This document shows, one piece after another, positions 45,101 to 55,070 of a stretch of DNA of 64,000 nt (the stretch's first letter is position 1; the number at the start of each line of letters is the position of its first letter). Both the position numbers and the translations under genes were made by a program. The notes below the pieces were generated by a model. It did no database searches, was not told where the DNA came from, and worked only from the letters and a program-made list of their open reading frames with translations. Source of the stretch: a virus. The stretch covers positions 46,387 to 110,386 of IMG/VR virus record IMGVR_UViG_3300046804_004438; one strand, 5' to 3'.

Positions 45101-46192
45101 TTACGCAAATTCGTTATGTCTTGTCTCTGTTACGATATCATCGATCAATTCGTTCTGAAGAGCATACTTACAGAATGAGCAGTTGTGATGTCTACGCTTA
45201 TCATTGGCATCATCACCATCAATTGAATTATAATAATCTAAAATAGTATCGATGTTTGCAATCTTAAATTGTGGGTGAACCATATAACCATTTTCTGGTG
45301 CAAGTTCTGCAGAAGGGCAAACATACACATTACCGTCAGTAAACACGCAAGGCTTGACCATATGCATGTAGCAATGATCATTACGACGTGTACCTTTGAA
45401 GTTAAAATCAGAAAGGAATGCAAATTTTAGAGGACCATTTTCTGCTTCAAAATTGTTTAGAATACCACGAATCTTTTCAATATCTTTTGCAGTTTCTTTT
45501 GTATCTTTGATTGCATTAAAAGCAATACGACAAGGAATTTTCTTTTCTTCGACCCACTTGAGCATACGTATGAAGTTTTCTTCCTTGTATGTATTCTTAG
45601 AAAGTACTTTCTTACCTGCAAGCTCACTACCAGTATCTAACCACTGTCCTGTGATGTTAGGATTTGTTGATGTCTCCAATGCACCATCCCATACATATGC
45701 AGCTGAGATCTCAATGTTTGTTAGACCTTCAAATACTGAAAGGTCGTAATCATAACCTTCATCAAAGCCGTACATACCAAGACGAACCCATGATACCTTA
45801 TCCCAGTTCTTGATTTTCTTTAGACGTGAACCATTGGTGACGATACCAATTTTGATACCTTTTGCATGAATGTAGTCAATCATGAAGTTGAGATCGGGAT
45901 GGAGAGTAGGTTCACCACCACCAGTGAATTCCATACCAAGAACACCAAGTTCATGAAACTGATCAACAGCTTTCATCATTTGTTCTTTGGTAAGCATTTC
46001 TTTTAGGTTACGGTTTGCAAAGCAACAGAATGAGCAAGTCAAGTTACATGGATTACATGGCGACATGTGAAACATTACTGGCTTTGGTCTACCACCTTTT
46101 TGGATAATAGAAAGCCTATCCATGTGCTTGAGAAGCTTGACATGATTACTTGTGTAGCTTCTGCCTTGAACTTTGGTTTCCATCTCATGCAT
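45101..46192 (-). CDS. Radical SAM protein with C-terminal SPASM/twitch-like cysteines
   Basis: CNLTCSFC, GGGEPT, TNG and additional C-terminal Cys cluster. Confidence 0.88.
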   Translation of the reverse strand: MHEMETKVQGRSYTSNHVKLLKHMDRLSIIQKGGRPKPVMFHMSPCNPCNLTCSFCCFANRNLKEMLTKEQMMKAVDQFHELGVLGMEFTGGGEPTLHPDLNFMIDYIHAKGIKIGIVTNGSRLKKIKNWDKVSWVRLGMYGFDEGYDYDLSVFEGLTNIEISAAYVWDGALETSTNPNITGQWLDTGSELAGKKVLSKNTYKEENFIRMLKWVEEKKIPCRIAFNAIKDTKETAKDIEKIRGILNNFEAENGPLKFAFLSDFNFKGTRRNDHCYMHMVKPCVFTDGNVYVCPSAELAPENGYMVHPQFKIANIDTILDYYNSIDGDDANDKRRHHNCSFCKYALQNELIDDIVTETRHNEFA

Positions 46193-46204
46193 AATTTATT
46201 TTCC

Positions 46205-46819
46205 TTATTGTTTAACCCAATACCAGACATTGTCTCGGCATGTTGCAATTGGAGGATAATTACCTTCTGATCTAAATTTATTTAGAGCAGAATTTACTGC
46301 CTGCATTCCATAATCATGGCCTGAAAAAATTCCACCTTTTCTCACTTTAGGATAGAAATTTTTACAATCTCTGTATACAGATTCTTCTGAATGATCTCCA
46401 TCTATAAAAATATAATCTAAAGATTCATCGGGATAATCACCTAGAATGTTTTCACATCTATCTTTGATAAGTAAAATTCTACCTTCAAATTGTTTTGTAT
46501 TTTCAATAGCTGCTTGATGTTGTGCTGACAGAATATCTTCACCAACAAAAGTATTCCAATCCTGAAAAGGAATATATGGATCTACTCCAATCAGATGAAG
46601 ATTGGGTATATTGCTTAAAAAATTATAAATGTTCCATCCACTAGCTACTCCTATTTCCATTCCAACTATTGGAGTGTTAATATCAGGGGATAGTTGTTTA
46701 ACAACATTAATCAAATCAGGAGCAGAAAAATATTTTTTACTTTCCCATTCATTTCTATCTATAAGTTCAGAAATCAACCAAGGATAAAGTTCTGATGTAG
46801 GGTTGTCTATCACACTCAT
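46205..46819 (-). CDS. Class I SAM methyltransferase (Methyltransf_24-like)
   Basis: EIGV, FIDGDH and GGIFSGHDY motifs. Confidence 0.85.
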   Translation of the reverse strand: MSVIDNPTSELYPWLISELIDRNEWESKKYFSAPDLINVVKQLSPDINTPIVGMEIGVASGWNIYNFLSNIPNLHLIGVDPYIPFQDWNTFVGEDILSAQHQAAIENTKQFEGRILLIKDRCENILGDYPDESLDYIFIDGDHSEESVYRDCKNFYPKVRKGGIFSGHDYGMQAVNSALNKFRSEGNYPPIATCRDNVWYWVKQ

Positions 46820-46821
46820 TA

Positions 46822-47610
46822 TTAGCTTGTCCTGTAAATAAAATAATTGGGTTGATGATTTGGATTATCAACATAACCATAAATCATGAATTGTCTTTGA
46901 AAAGGTCCAGTATCGATGTCGTATTGGTGCTTCATGAACTTAGGAAATATATCATTTAAAATATGATTCATTTCCTGTTCTGCTTCTGTTCTATCATAGT
47001 AGCTTGGAATGTATCCATAAAAAGAAGCAGGAGGATGAAACATTGTTCTGTCATGAACAATCATAGACTTTTCATTCAATATTGTCGATAAAATTAGATC
47101 TAATCCATAACCAGACTTACATACATGAAACTTATAGAATTCTAAAAAAGTAGGAATTAATGAAGTATGGATGAATGGTCCCATCCCTTCATTAAAGTTA
47201 GTCACAGTAAGAATTTTGGACGGATCATTACCAACTATTTGATGAGTATACTCTGAAGATGGATGAACAGACAACTGAAATAATTTGATATTGTTTTCCC
47301 TTGCAAGGTCTAGTCCATGATTAATACTTTCAATATCAGTTATCATGTCATCATCAAAGAACCCAATATATTCATATTGTGTATAATCAATAGAATTTAA
47401 AAACTGATATGCAAGTTCCCATTTGAATCCTTTTGCCTTAACCAAATAATCATATGTGTTAGGTTCAATTTCTATTTCATCTTTATATTGGTACACATAC
47501 GTTTCATATTGTCTCTCTGGCTTCGTATATCTCCAATGATTTTCTTTGTCATACAAATCAGGATGGTTGTATACGGGGATGCCAACTGGAACAAAGATGG
47601 CACTCTTCAT
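46822..47610 (-). CDS. Glycosyltransferase-like protein (DUF707-like)
   Basis: GFKW, YEYIGFFDDD, TNF.E and GYGLD motifs. Confidence 0.6.
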   Translation of the reverse strand: MKSAIFVPVGIPVYNHPDLYDKENHWRYTKPERQYETYVYQYKDEIEIEPNTYDYLVKAKGFKWELAYQFLNSIDYTQYEYIGFFDDDMITDIESINHGLDLARENNIKLFQLSVHPSSEYTHQIVGNDPSKILTVTNFNEGMGPFIHTSLIPTFLEFYKFHVCKSGYGLDLILSTILNEKSMIVHDRTMFHPPASFYGYIPSYYDRTEAEQEMNHILNDIFPKFMKHQYDIDTGPFQRQFMIYGYVDNPNHQPNYFIYRTS

Positions 47611-48509
47611 TGCCTATTTTCCCTAATATAATCTGCAATGAAATATTCTGGTGACCAACCTAACAAATTCTTAGCTTTGGAAATATCTGCTAATGTTACT
47701 TTAGCTTCACCAACTCTTGGTTCTATCATAACTTGATTGGATGATATCATATCAGCTAATTCTTTGACGGAATGATTTGTACCTGTTCCAATATTAATCA
47801 GTTCGCCGTGAACTTTACTTTCCATTGCTAAGATGTTTGCTCTTACTACATCATAGACATGAGTAAAGTCTCTTCTTTGATTTCCATCAGGAACAATTGT
47901 AAGAGGTACACCTGCTTTGTATTGTCTTAGAAACAAACCTACAACAGGTGCATATGGACCTTTTAATGGTTCTCTTGGTCCATATACATTAAAATATCTA
48001 AACCATAATGTTCTCAGACCAAACAAATCATTGTACATCTTGCAAAGCTTTTCACCTGATACCTTTGCAACAGAATATGGATTGAGACAATCATCTTGCA
48101 TTTCTTCATTAAGAGGAGGATCATTTTTTAAACCATATCCAGAAGATGTGGAAGAATATATAACCTTCCTTACACCAGCCTCACGTGAACATTGCAGGAC
48201 TACACCTGTACCATATGTGTTAGTTCTGATGGCAAGGAGAGGATTGTTAATTGCAGGTTGTATTCTTGACTCTGCTGCACAATGAAATACAGTATCCACT
48301 CCATTGTATAATTTTCTTGTAGCATCATAGTCAGCAATGTCTGCCATAACATACTTTGCATTATCATTGTAATAAAACTGATCATGAACTGTTGCACTTT
48401 CATTATCAATTACAATAACATCATAACCAAGATCAATTAATCTATCGACAAGATGTGAGCCAATAAATCCTGCTCCACCTGTTACCAAACAAGTTTTATT
48501 ATTATGCAT
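47607..48509 (-). CDS. NAD-dependent nucleotide-sugar epimerase/dehydratase
   Basis: TGGAGFIGSH, YSVAK, RYFNVYG and RDFTHV motifs. Confidence 0.92.
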   Translation of the reverse strand: MHNNKTCLVTGGAGFIGSHLVDRLIDLGYDVIVIDNESATVHDQFYYNDNAKYVMADIADYDATRKLYNGVDTVFHCAAESRIQPAINNPLLAIRTNTYGTGVVLQCSREAGVRKVIYSSTSSGYGLKNDPPLNEEMQDDCLNPYSVAKVSGEKLCKMYNDLFGLRTLWFRYFNVYGPREPLKGPYAPVVGLFLRQYKAGVPLTIVPDGNQRRDFTHVYDVVRANILAMESKVHGELINIGTGTNHSVKELADMISSNQVMIEPRVGEAKVTLADISKAKNLLGWSPEYFIADYIRENRQ

Positions 48510-49356
48510 ATTTTTCACCCAATATTCTATTCCACTCTGGTACACGATTAAACTGATGTACCATCACATACTTCTCACCCTTACTGTTGTATACATGATT
48601 GCCATCAAAAATTGGTTCAGGACTCATCAAGTGAGGTCTGAATGTATGAATTTTTGAGGGATCAACAGTTGTACCACACTGGCATGCCCAGTTAGTATCA
48701 TGGTCGTTATATTTAGTTATAGACTTATAAGGTTCTAAAGTCAACATAAAATTTACACCTGCCTGATCTGGGATAGGATCAAATTTGTCTAGATGTTGAA
48801 TTGTATGAAATACAGAAAGAGAAAAGTCAACAAAAGTAGAATGTTCACCTGCCATAGAGCCAGCATTATAGATTGGTTTATCCATCATATAATCTGCAAC
48901 CATAGGATTAAATATCTTTTCTACGACACTCTTTGACCATGCTTCATTTTGATGGGTCAATGCTTCACAGCCATAATTTAATTTTTTATCGCCAAGATTA
49001 TTTTCTAGCCATTCTGAAGGATCTGTTTGAAATACAATATCTGTATCACAAGCAATAACATATCTAATATCCTTCATGTCCTTAAGAAAATACCAATAGA
49101 AGAAATGACGGGCAATGATAGATTTAATAGTAAATCCTGGCTCAAAAATAAAACCATCATTGGAAGGATTTCTAGTCTGAGATGTGAGAAAAACTTCAAT
49201 TCCATTTTGTTGGAGTTTATTGATTGTACTATCACTGATGTTAAAAGCTACAATAGCTTTTCTTCCTTTGAATCCACATCTGTTGAGAGAATTGACCCAC
49301 AATTTAATTTTATCAAATTCCCAATCTGACAATACACTAATAACCATATCTTTCAT
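48502..49356 (-). CDS. GT-A fold glycosyltransferase-like protein
   Basis: CDTDIVFQ.DP, NAG, DQA..N and VHQ..R motifs. Confidence 0.7.
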   Translation of the reverse strand: MKDMVISVLSDWEFDKIKLWVNSLNRCGFKGRKAIVAFNISDSTINKLQQNGIEVFLTSQTRNPSNDGFIFEPGFTIKSIIARHFFYWYFLKDMKDIRYVIACDTDIVFQTDPSEWLENNLGDKKLNYGCEALTHQNEAWSKSVVEKIFNPMVADYMMDKPIYNAGSMAGEHSTFVDFSLSVFHTIQHLDKFDPIPDQAGVNFMLTLEPYKSITKYNDHDTNWACQCGTTVDPSKIHTFRPHLMSPEPIFDGNHVYNSKGEKYVMVHQFNRVPEWNRILGEKYA

Positions 49357-49366
49357 AATAAAATCC

Positions 49367-50110
49367 TTATACCATTTCACCCCAGATAGCCAAGTAATCA
49401 CTTTGTTGATATTTCTTATGATCAACATGTTCTAATTTTAGAGTAGTGAATGCTAAGTAACATTCTTTGTCACTTGTCTTGAATTCTTGTCTTGCACCTT
49501 TACGAGGTTCAGGAATCTCAAACAATCTAAAATCATTTAGTGGTTTTTCTAATTCATATAAGTACATACCAAGTGGTTCATATCCAGCTTGTTTGGAAAA
49601 AACTGTTCTGAATAATTCAGGACTAAACTGATAGAATCCATGACCAGCAAAATTATTACAAGGTGTGACAACTGAAAATACGCCACCCACCTTCAACATA
49701 TTTTTAATATTGTCGGTTACCATCTTAACATCAAAGATGTGTTCCATAGTACCACAATCTAAAATATAATCAAATTTGTTATGAAGTTCTTCCGATACAG
49801 GAAGATTGAGATCGTGTATTATTGTAGCATTCTCATAAGGAGAATAGTCCATAGTATCTACTGATTCAGCACCAAGTAAACGAAATAATTTTTCTGTATG
49901 ACCGTCACCATCAACAACAGTTTCCTCTACAGTAAAATCTATTTCATATTTTTTAAATAATTCTGTGCTTACTATTGCCTTACGACCATCTGCATCGGCC
50001 CATGATCCAGCATAATGTAAACCTTGTCTACCTATCTGTAAACAAGTTTTTCCTTTAATAAATTCTTTGTAAGCTAAAACGTGATTCAAACCAGAAAGAT
50101 CAATAGCCAT
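49367..50110 (-). CDS. Methyltransferase-like protein
   Basis: D.S.YE.A...HDLN, D.GT.EH.F and GHGFYQFSP motifs. Confidence 0.7.
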   Translation of the reverse strand: MAIDLSGLNHVLAYKEFIKGKTCLQIGRQGLHYAGSWADADGRKAIVSTELFKKYEIDFTVEETVVDGDGHTEKLFRLLGAESVDTMDYSPYENATIIHDLNLPVSEELHNKFDYILDCGTMEHIFDVKMVTDNIKNMLKVGGVFSVVTPCNNFAGHGFYQFSPELFRTVFSKQAGYEPLGMYLYELEKPLNDFRLFEIPEPRKGARQEFKTSDKECYLAFTTLKLEHVDHKKYQQSDYLAIWGEMV

Positions 50111-50125
50111 AATAAACCTCATAAT

Positions 50126-50152
50126 AAAAAAGAGGGTGCTAGAGCACCCTCT
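50126..50152 (-). terminator. Intrinsic terminator
   Basis: AGAGGGTGCT/AGCACCCTCT hairpin plus T-run on the minus strand. Confidence 0.85.
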
Positions 50153-50167
50153 GCATAGTATTATTTA

Positions 50168-50746
50168 TCAGTCTTGTTGAACACGCTTTTGTAAGTAGTT
50201 CAAGAGGATACCATATGTTGGAAGAATAATTACAAGACTTACTATAATCTTGAATACTACGTCTGCGTTAGCAACTGCAAGCCAGTTAGCAGCCATATAT
50301 TCATTTGCACCATTATGGAATGCAGTACCAAAGAACACGTAGGTATCTACAATGTTTGATATAATGCTTGCAGCAAATGGAGCAGCCCACCATACCGTAA
50401 ACTTTTCACGAATACGTTGGAATACAGTAACGTCAAACAACTGTCCAATCAAATATGCAAATGCAGATGCAAAACCAATCCGCCACTCAGAAATCAAACC
50501 GCTAACAATGATAGCAGGAATAAATGCAAGAGCAACTACTGCACGTGCCTGATGCTTATTAGTCAAACGAACTGTCAAGTCAGTTGCAACGAGTACTAAT
50601 GGAAATGTAAACATTGCCCATGCTGCCTTGATTCCAAAAATTTCTAATGGAAACTGGACAATATAGTTAGACAATGCAATAATAAAGACGTGTACTAGCA
50701 TTAACTTCAATGCTAGGTTTTTATTTACTTCTGATAGATTAATCAT
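50168..50746 (-). CDS. yhhQ: YhhQ-like preQ0/preQ1 (queuosine precursor) transporter
   Basis: IIALSNY.VQ.P, FP....ATDLTVR, AY..GQ..DV.VF and DT..FF motifs. Confidence 0.85.
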   Translation of the reverse strand: MINLSEVNKNLALKLMLVHVFIIALSNYIVQFPLEIFGIKAAWAMFTFPLVLVATDLTVRLTNKHQARAVVALAFIPAIIVSGLISEWRIGFASAFAYLIGQLFDVTVFQRIREKFTVWWAAPFAASIISNIVDTYVFFGTAFHNGANEYMAANWLAVANADVVFKIIVSLVIILPTYGILLNYLQKRVQQD

Positions 50747-51864
50747 ATAGTATTCCTTTCAAATACATTATTATATTGCTGATTAACTCGAACAAATGTT
50801 GTGCACTTGCTCAGGTATTTCAACTTTGAGGCTCCGACATAGGTGCATGCGGACCTCAAACCACCTAGTATATCTCGTACAGTGTTGGATATCTTACCCT
50901 TATAAGGTACGAGAACCTCTCTTCCTTCTGAAGAGCGGTATTCCTTCAGACCACCAAAGTGCTTATCATTGGCAGCCTGAGAACTCATTCCATAGAACTT
51001 AATAAATTTCTTTTCTTCAATGACTGGCTTATATGTATCCCAATCACGATCATATCTCCACTCGTTGTCTTTTTGTTGAAGCTTGGTAACAATATCACCA
51101 CCACCTTCATCATGACCTGCAAGCATACCACCAAGCATCACAAAGTCAGCACCAGCTGCAAATGCTTTTGCTACATCACCTGGAGAAGTACAACCACCAT
51201 CGGCAATAATATGACCGCCAAGACCATGAGCAGCATCCGCACACTCAATGATAGCTGAGAGTTGCGGATATCCCACTCCAGTCTTAATACGGGTAGTGCA
51301 AACAGAACCTGGACCAATACCCACTTTAACAATGTCAGCTCCTGCAAGAATCAACTCCTCAGTTATATCACCAGTTACAACATTACCAGCAATGATTGTC
51401 AATAATGGATAATTATCACGAACATGTTTTACAATCTCAATAAAACGTTCTGTATATCCGTTTGCAACATCAATACAAACATATCTCAAATTACTTGTAT
51501 GTCTATGTACATTTTGTAACTTTTCTAAATCTTCATCTTTAATGCCAATGCTCATGGCAACATGATCTTGAACATCATCTTTAATTATAGATGCATCTTT
51601 AAAGAACTCAATTAGTTCTTCCTCTGTATAAGTCTTAACAAGAGTAGTGAACATGTTAAAGTTGGCAATCTCAACAGCAACACGTCGAGTACCAACTCCA
51701 TCCATATTAGAAGCAATAATAGGAACACCATAATAGTTAGCCTGACTATTACGAAATGTGTATTGACGTTCTAGATCAACATATTTTCTAGAAGTAAGTG
51801 TGCTACGTTTTGGTCTTAGCAGTACGTCCTTAAAATCAAGTTTGACATCATTATCAATACGCAT
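50743..51864 (-). CDS. guaC: GMP reductase
   Basis: [31 protein letters not shown] and FYGMSS motifs. Confidence 0.96.
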   Translation of the reverse strand: MRIDNDVKLDFKDVLLRPKRSTLTSRKYVDLERQYTFRNSQANYYGVPIIASNMDGVGTRRVAVEIANFNMFTTLVKTYTEEELIEFFKDASIIKDDVQDHVAMSIGIKDEDLEKLQNVHRHTSNLRYVCIDVANGYTERFIEIVKHVRDNYPLLTIIAGNVVTGDITEELILAGADIVKVGIGPGSVCTTRIKTGVGYPQLSAIIECADAAHGLGGHIIADGGCTSPGDVAKAFAAGADFVMLGGMLAGHDEGGGDIVTKLQQKDNEWRYDRDWDTYKPVIEEKKFIKFYGMSSQAANDKHFGGLKEYRSSEGREVLVPYKGKISNTVRDILGGLRSACTYVGASKLKYLSKCTTFVRVNQQYNNVFERNTI

Positions 51865-51963
51865 TATTCTGCTACACCAATAATCTTAAACGTGCGACCA
51901 ATCCAAAATCCTACGAACCATTTCTTTAAGAATACATCATATCGCTTTACCATTTTGTTTTCC

Positions 51964-52254
51964 TCATACAGACCAACGAGTCTTGTTTGTGATCTTATCA
52001 CGGACGATAGGCTTGTCATAGATTTCTATAAACCCTTTCAAGATACGAATTTGATTCTCAATTGCTCCTGACCAGTCACCCCAGTCATAGAAAGAATCTT
52101 CTTCATTTGTACACTTACGAAGATAGTCAAGAAAATTATTGGTACAGGCGTCTGCATATTCCTGCTCGTCTGAACCGTTACGTACGGATGCACGATGATA
52201 GGCAACATATGCCAACCAAAGGCGTTTGATGTGGGAGTCTAGTTTGTTTTCCAT
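51964..52254 (-). CDS. Hypothetical protein
   Basis: Start reassigned to MENKLD. Confidence 0.5.
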   Translation of the reverse strand: MENKLDSHIKRLWLAYVAYHRASVRNGSDEQEYADACTNNFLDYLRKCTNEEDSFYDWGDWSGAIENQIRILKGFIEIYDKPIVRDKITNKTRWSV

Positions 52255-52273
52255 ATTATTATAATAGGGTATT

Positions 52274-52990
52274 TCAAATAAAAAGTCCAGTACGATGTTT
52301 GTTTTCGTTGGCAATATTTTGCAATAAACTTGGCATAACTTGGTTGTACACCTGATGTTCTCTACTAAGAATTTCACCAGAATTACTTATAGTTGAAGTA
52401 GTTACAGCATATGGTGTATGGTAGAATGTATTAACAATTTGATAATTGTGGTTTAGTTTATAATACAAAGTGTCGTAAATAAAGTTGTCACCCCAGTACA
52501 GATCAAGTCCATCTACAATTGGAATATACTCACACTTAGGATAAAACATTAAAGTTCCCATCCCGAAGTGTATTCTGGGATTATATGGCATTGGACTATG
52601 TACTAGTTCAATCTCACCTGTTGTGATAGGAATATGACCAAACTCTTGCTGTAATCCAGGACATATTCCACAAACCCCAATCCCAGGTCTGAGAAATTGA
52701 TCCATACGATGAAACAATTTAAGATCTACAATAACATCATCATTTAGAAGACAGATGTTTTCATGTTTGGCTATAGAAGTGCCTATATTCCAAGCAGGGT
52801 TAACATATATGTTTTTTCCATACGATATACAATTTACCTTCTCATGTGAAAAGATAGGATCATTAGGCATTACTTCAGGATCATTATCGATAATAATAAT
52901 TTCACCAATAGAAGGTATCGATACCATATCCTCAACGAATTTGAGGAATGGTTTATATTTCCACATTGTAGGAACAACAACAGTAATCAT
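52274..52990 (-). CDS. GT2-like glycosyltransferase
   Basis: VVPT.W, EIIIIDN, N.YVNPAWN, LLNDD and GDN motifs. Confidence 0.8.
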   Translation of the reverse strand: MITVVVPTMWKYKPFLKFVEDMVSIPSIGEIIIIDNDPEVMPNDPIFSHEKVNCISYGKNIYVNPAWNIGTSIAKHENICLLNDDVIVDLKLFHRMDQFLRPGIGVCGICPGLQQEFGHIPITTGEIELVHSPMPYNPRIHFGMGTLMFYPKCEYIPIVDGLDLYWGDNFIYDTLYYKLNHNYQIVNTFYHTPYAVTTSTISNSGEILSREHQVYNQVMPSLLQNIANENKHRTGLFI

Positions 52991-53007
52991 ATCTACCTCA
53001 TAAACAA

Positions 53008-53097
53008 TGGCGGAGAGTGTGGGATTCGAACCCACGGAACCGGTTAGGGTTCGCTCATTTAGCAAACGAGTGCTTTAGGCCACTCAGCCAACTCTCC
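53008..53097 (-). tRNA. tRNA-Ser(GCT)
   Basis: Cloverleaf with long variable arm, loop TTGCTAA, CCA encoded. Confidence 0.95.
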
Positions 53098-53098
53098 G

Positions 53099-53329
53099 TT
53101 AAAATTTAATATCGTAAACTTTACTCCAACTGGATCTACTGTAATTGTATCTCCAAGTAAACTCCCGCCAGTACTCTACTTCTTCTGGTATTTTATAAAA
53201 TGTTTTTGTTTCATTATCAAATAAAAAAGGTTCGAAATCTTTTTCACTAATAACAACCTGTAACTTGTCGTCAGCATACATTTTCATAATATCGGATGTA
53301 GGTAGATTTAAGTCAACAGGTTCTATCAT
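53099..53329 (-). CDS. Hypothetical protein
   Basis: Tight packing. Confidence 0.5.
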   Translation of the reverse strand: MIEPVDLNLPTSDIMKMYADDKLQVVISEKDFEPFLFDNETKTFYKIPEEVEYWREFTWRYNYSRSSWSKVYDIKF

Positions 53330-53330
53330 T

Positions 53331-53864
53331 TCACCATTCCAATTTATCTAAAAATTCACTAATACCTTTATTAATGTTTTCTTGCCAATGCATAGCTGCA
53401 TTTTCATCTGCAAAGTCTGTTAGATATTTGTAGCAATGAAATGGTTTATTATATAATTGACAAACTTTTGCTATTGCGTATGCTTCCATATCAACAGCAT
53501 CAGTTACAATCTCAGGAATAGATGTAACAAAGTTATCACCTGTACTGAGGGTAAATGGGGATTCGTTTAAAACTATAGGGCCACCATTATTATCAAAAGG
53601 AGTATATCCAAGCTTGGCTAATGGCCTCGCATCCATATCTCTTTGATATAAAGTACCAATAGAGATTAGCTTGCCAATGATAGCTTTGTTGAGTGCCCCT
53701 GCTGTTCCATAATTAATGATCTCAGTACAATTACCAAACAGACAAGATTCCATAGCAGCAACAGTAGCATTAATTTTACCAACACCAGTATATTTTATAA
53801 TTAAATTTTTACTATCAAATTTAATTGGAAACTCTTGTTCTAGAGCAACGAGTATATGAATCAC
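53331..53864 (-). CDS. MTA/SAH nucleosidase-like (PNP/UDP family) protein
   Basis: GVGKINA, NYGTAG, TGDNF, DMEAYA and K...D.ADE motifs. Confidence 0.85.
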   Translation of the reverse strand: MIHILVALEQEFPIKFDSKNLIIKYTGVGKINATVAAMESCLFGNCTEIINYGTAGALNKAIIGKLISIGTLYQRDMDARPLAKLGYTPFDNNGGPIVLNESPFTLSTGDNFVTSIPEIVTDAVDMEAYAIAKVCQLYNKPFHCYKYLTDFADENAAMHWQENINKGISEFLDKLEW

Positions 53865-54265
53865 TTAATACTCTTTTCATATTCACTAGTGATTTCTTCT
53901 TGAAGATACCACAAAGCTTTATGAAGGTCTTCTAGTCTTTTTAGTGGATCTTTCTTACCAGCACGAGCAACATACTTAACAACATTGCCTAATGAAAACG
54001 TAAGATTCCAAGCTCTGATAACTTTGATTGCTTCATAAGGATTATCCTTACCACCGTAGTGATCTGGATGATTAACCATTTCTTTTCTACGTCCAAGTTC
54101 TCTCTGAACTGGTTGAGCAATTGGTGTTTGTTTTGCTGGTGGTGTAGGAGTATTAATTGTTTGCTGGAATCCCAAGTTATTGTCTTCCTTCTTAACATTC
54201 TCTACAACAGTAGGTTTTTGTTGTGTCTGAATTGAGGAATTAGGATTATTAAATTTCATTGCCAT
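53861..54265 (-). CDS. DUF3310-like phage protein
   Basis: VNHP.HY, F.LGN.VKY..RAGKK and EDL.KA.WYL motifs. Confidence 0.85.
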   Translation of the reverse strand: MAMKFNNPNSSIQTQQKPTVVENVKKEDNNLGFQQTINTPTPPAKQTPIAQPVQRELGRRKEMVNHPDHYGGKDNPYEAIKVIRAWNLTFSLGNVVKYVARAGKKDPLKRLEDLHKALWYLQEEITSEYEKSIK

Positions 54266-54277
54266 ATAAAATTTCCA

Positions 54278-54694
54278 TCATCTTTTTACGATAGAGGTTC
54301 TATTACGAAGTTCGGTAGTAGAGAACCTGTGCTTACGACTATTATAAATTAATTCAATATTATTATCTAAACAATAATCTTTACCGGTAAAATCTTTGTT
54401 ACGATATTCTTCACCAACAAATCTAACACCAACAGGATATATTGTTAGAATATCTAAAAGATCTTTTTCTGTTTGATAAATGACAACCTCATCCACATAT
54501 TTAACAGCAGCAAGCTGTATCTGTCTTTCTACAATGGATTGAGCTGGAATATTTTTTGTTTCTGGTCTATCAATTGTAGGATCAGTTTGTAGACCACATA
54601 TAAGGTAATCACAATGCTGTTTTGCTTCTTGGAGCATTAAAATATGTCCAGCATGTAATAAATCAAAAGTAGAGAAAGTAATACCAACAATCAT
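54278..54694 (-). CDS. Glycerol-3-phosphate cytidylyltransferase-like (TagD family)
   Basis: FDLLHAGH, VKYVDE and R.H.FSTT motifs. Confidence 0.85.
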   Translation of the reverse strand: MIVGITFSTFDLLHAGHILMLQEAKQHCDYLICGLQTDPTIDRPETKNIPAQSIVERQIQLAAVKYVDEVVIYQTEKDLLDILTIYPVGVRFVGEEYRNKDFTGKDYCLDNNIELIYNSRKHRFSTTELRNRTSIVKR

Positions 54695-54705
54695 ATAAAA
54701 AAACC

Positions 54706-54912
54706 TCAATTAGCTTTTTCAGCTATCTCTTTTTCAAGCCACTCTATTTCTTTTTTAACTTGTAATTTCTTTATTTTGAGATCCTTGACTTTTTCATCTG
54801 GATCATAATGTATGTATGCTTCTTGAATTTGAGCCTCTAAATCACTATGTTTTGTTTTGAGACTTTCAATGTGGTGTTTGATCTTTTGTACGTTCATATA
54901 TTTTTCACCCAT
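54706..54912 (-). CDS. YdcH/DUF465-like coiled-coil protein
   Basis: L...H..LE..I and LK.KKL..K.EI pattern. Confidence 0.65.
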   Translation of the reverse strand: MGEKYMNVQKIKHHIESLKTKHSDLEAQIQEAYIHYDPDEKVKDLKIKKLQVKKEIEWLEKEIAEKAN

Positions 54913-54940
54913 TTTTTACATAATACCTAAATATATATGC

Positions 54941-55018
54941 GTTGATAAAATATATCAACTCTAAAATTATGGCTGTCCAATTATATTTTTGACAGCATTT
55001 TTACCATGTTTATATTAT
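54941..55018 (+). promoter_or_regulatory. Sigma70-like promoter with two inverted repeats
   Basis: TTGACA at 54989 and TATATT/TATTAT -10; inverted repeats GTTGATA/TATCAAC and GCTGTC/GACAGC. Confidence 0.5.
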
Positions 55019-55070
55019 ATGAATTGACTGATTGATTGAATTAGTATGTTCAACCAATGAGGGAATAAAC

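Noticed and set aside
50743-50800. preQ1 riboswitch upstream of yhhQ
   Set aside because: No intergenic space, because yhhQ overlaps the guaC stop.
54941-54959. FNR/FixK box
   Set aside because: TTGAT and ATCAA are 7 nt apart rather than 4; kept only as an unassigned inverted repeat.
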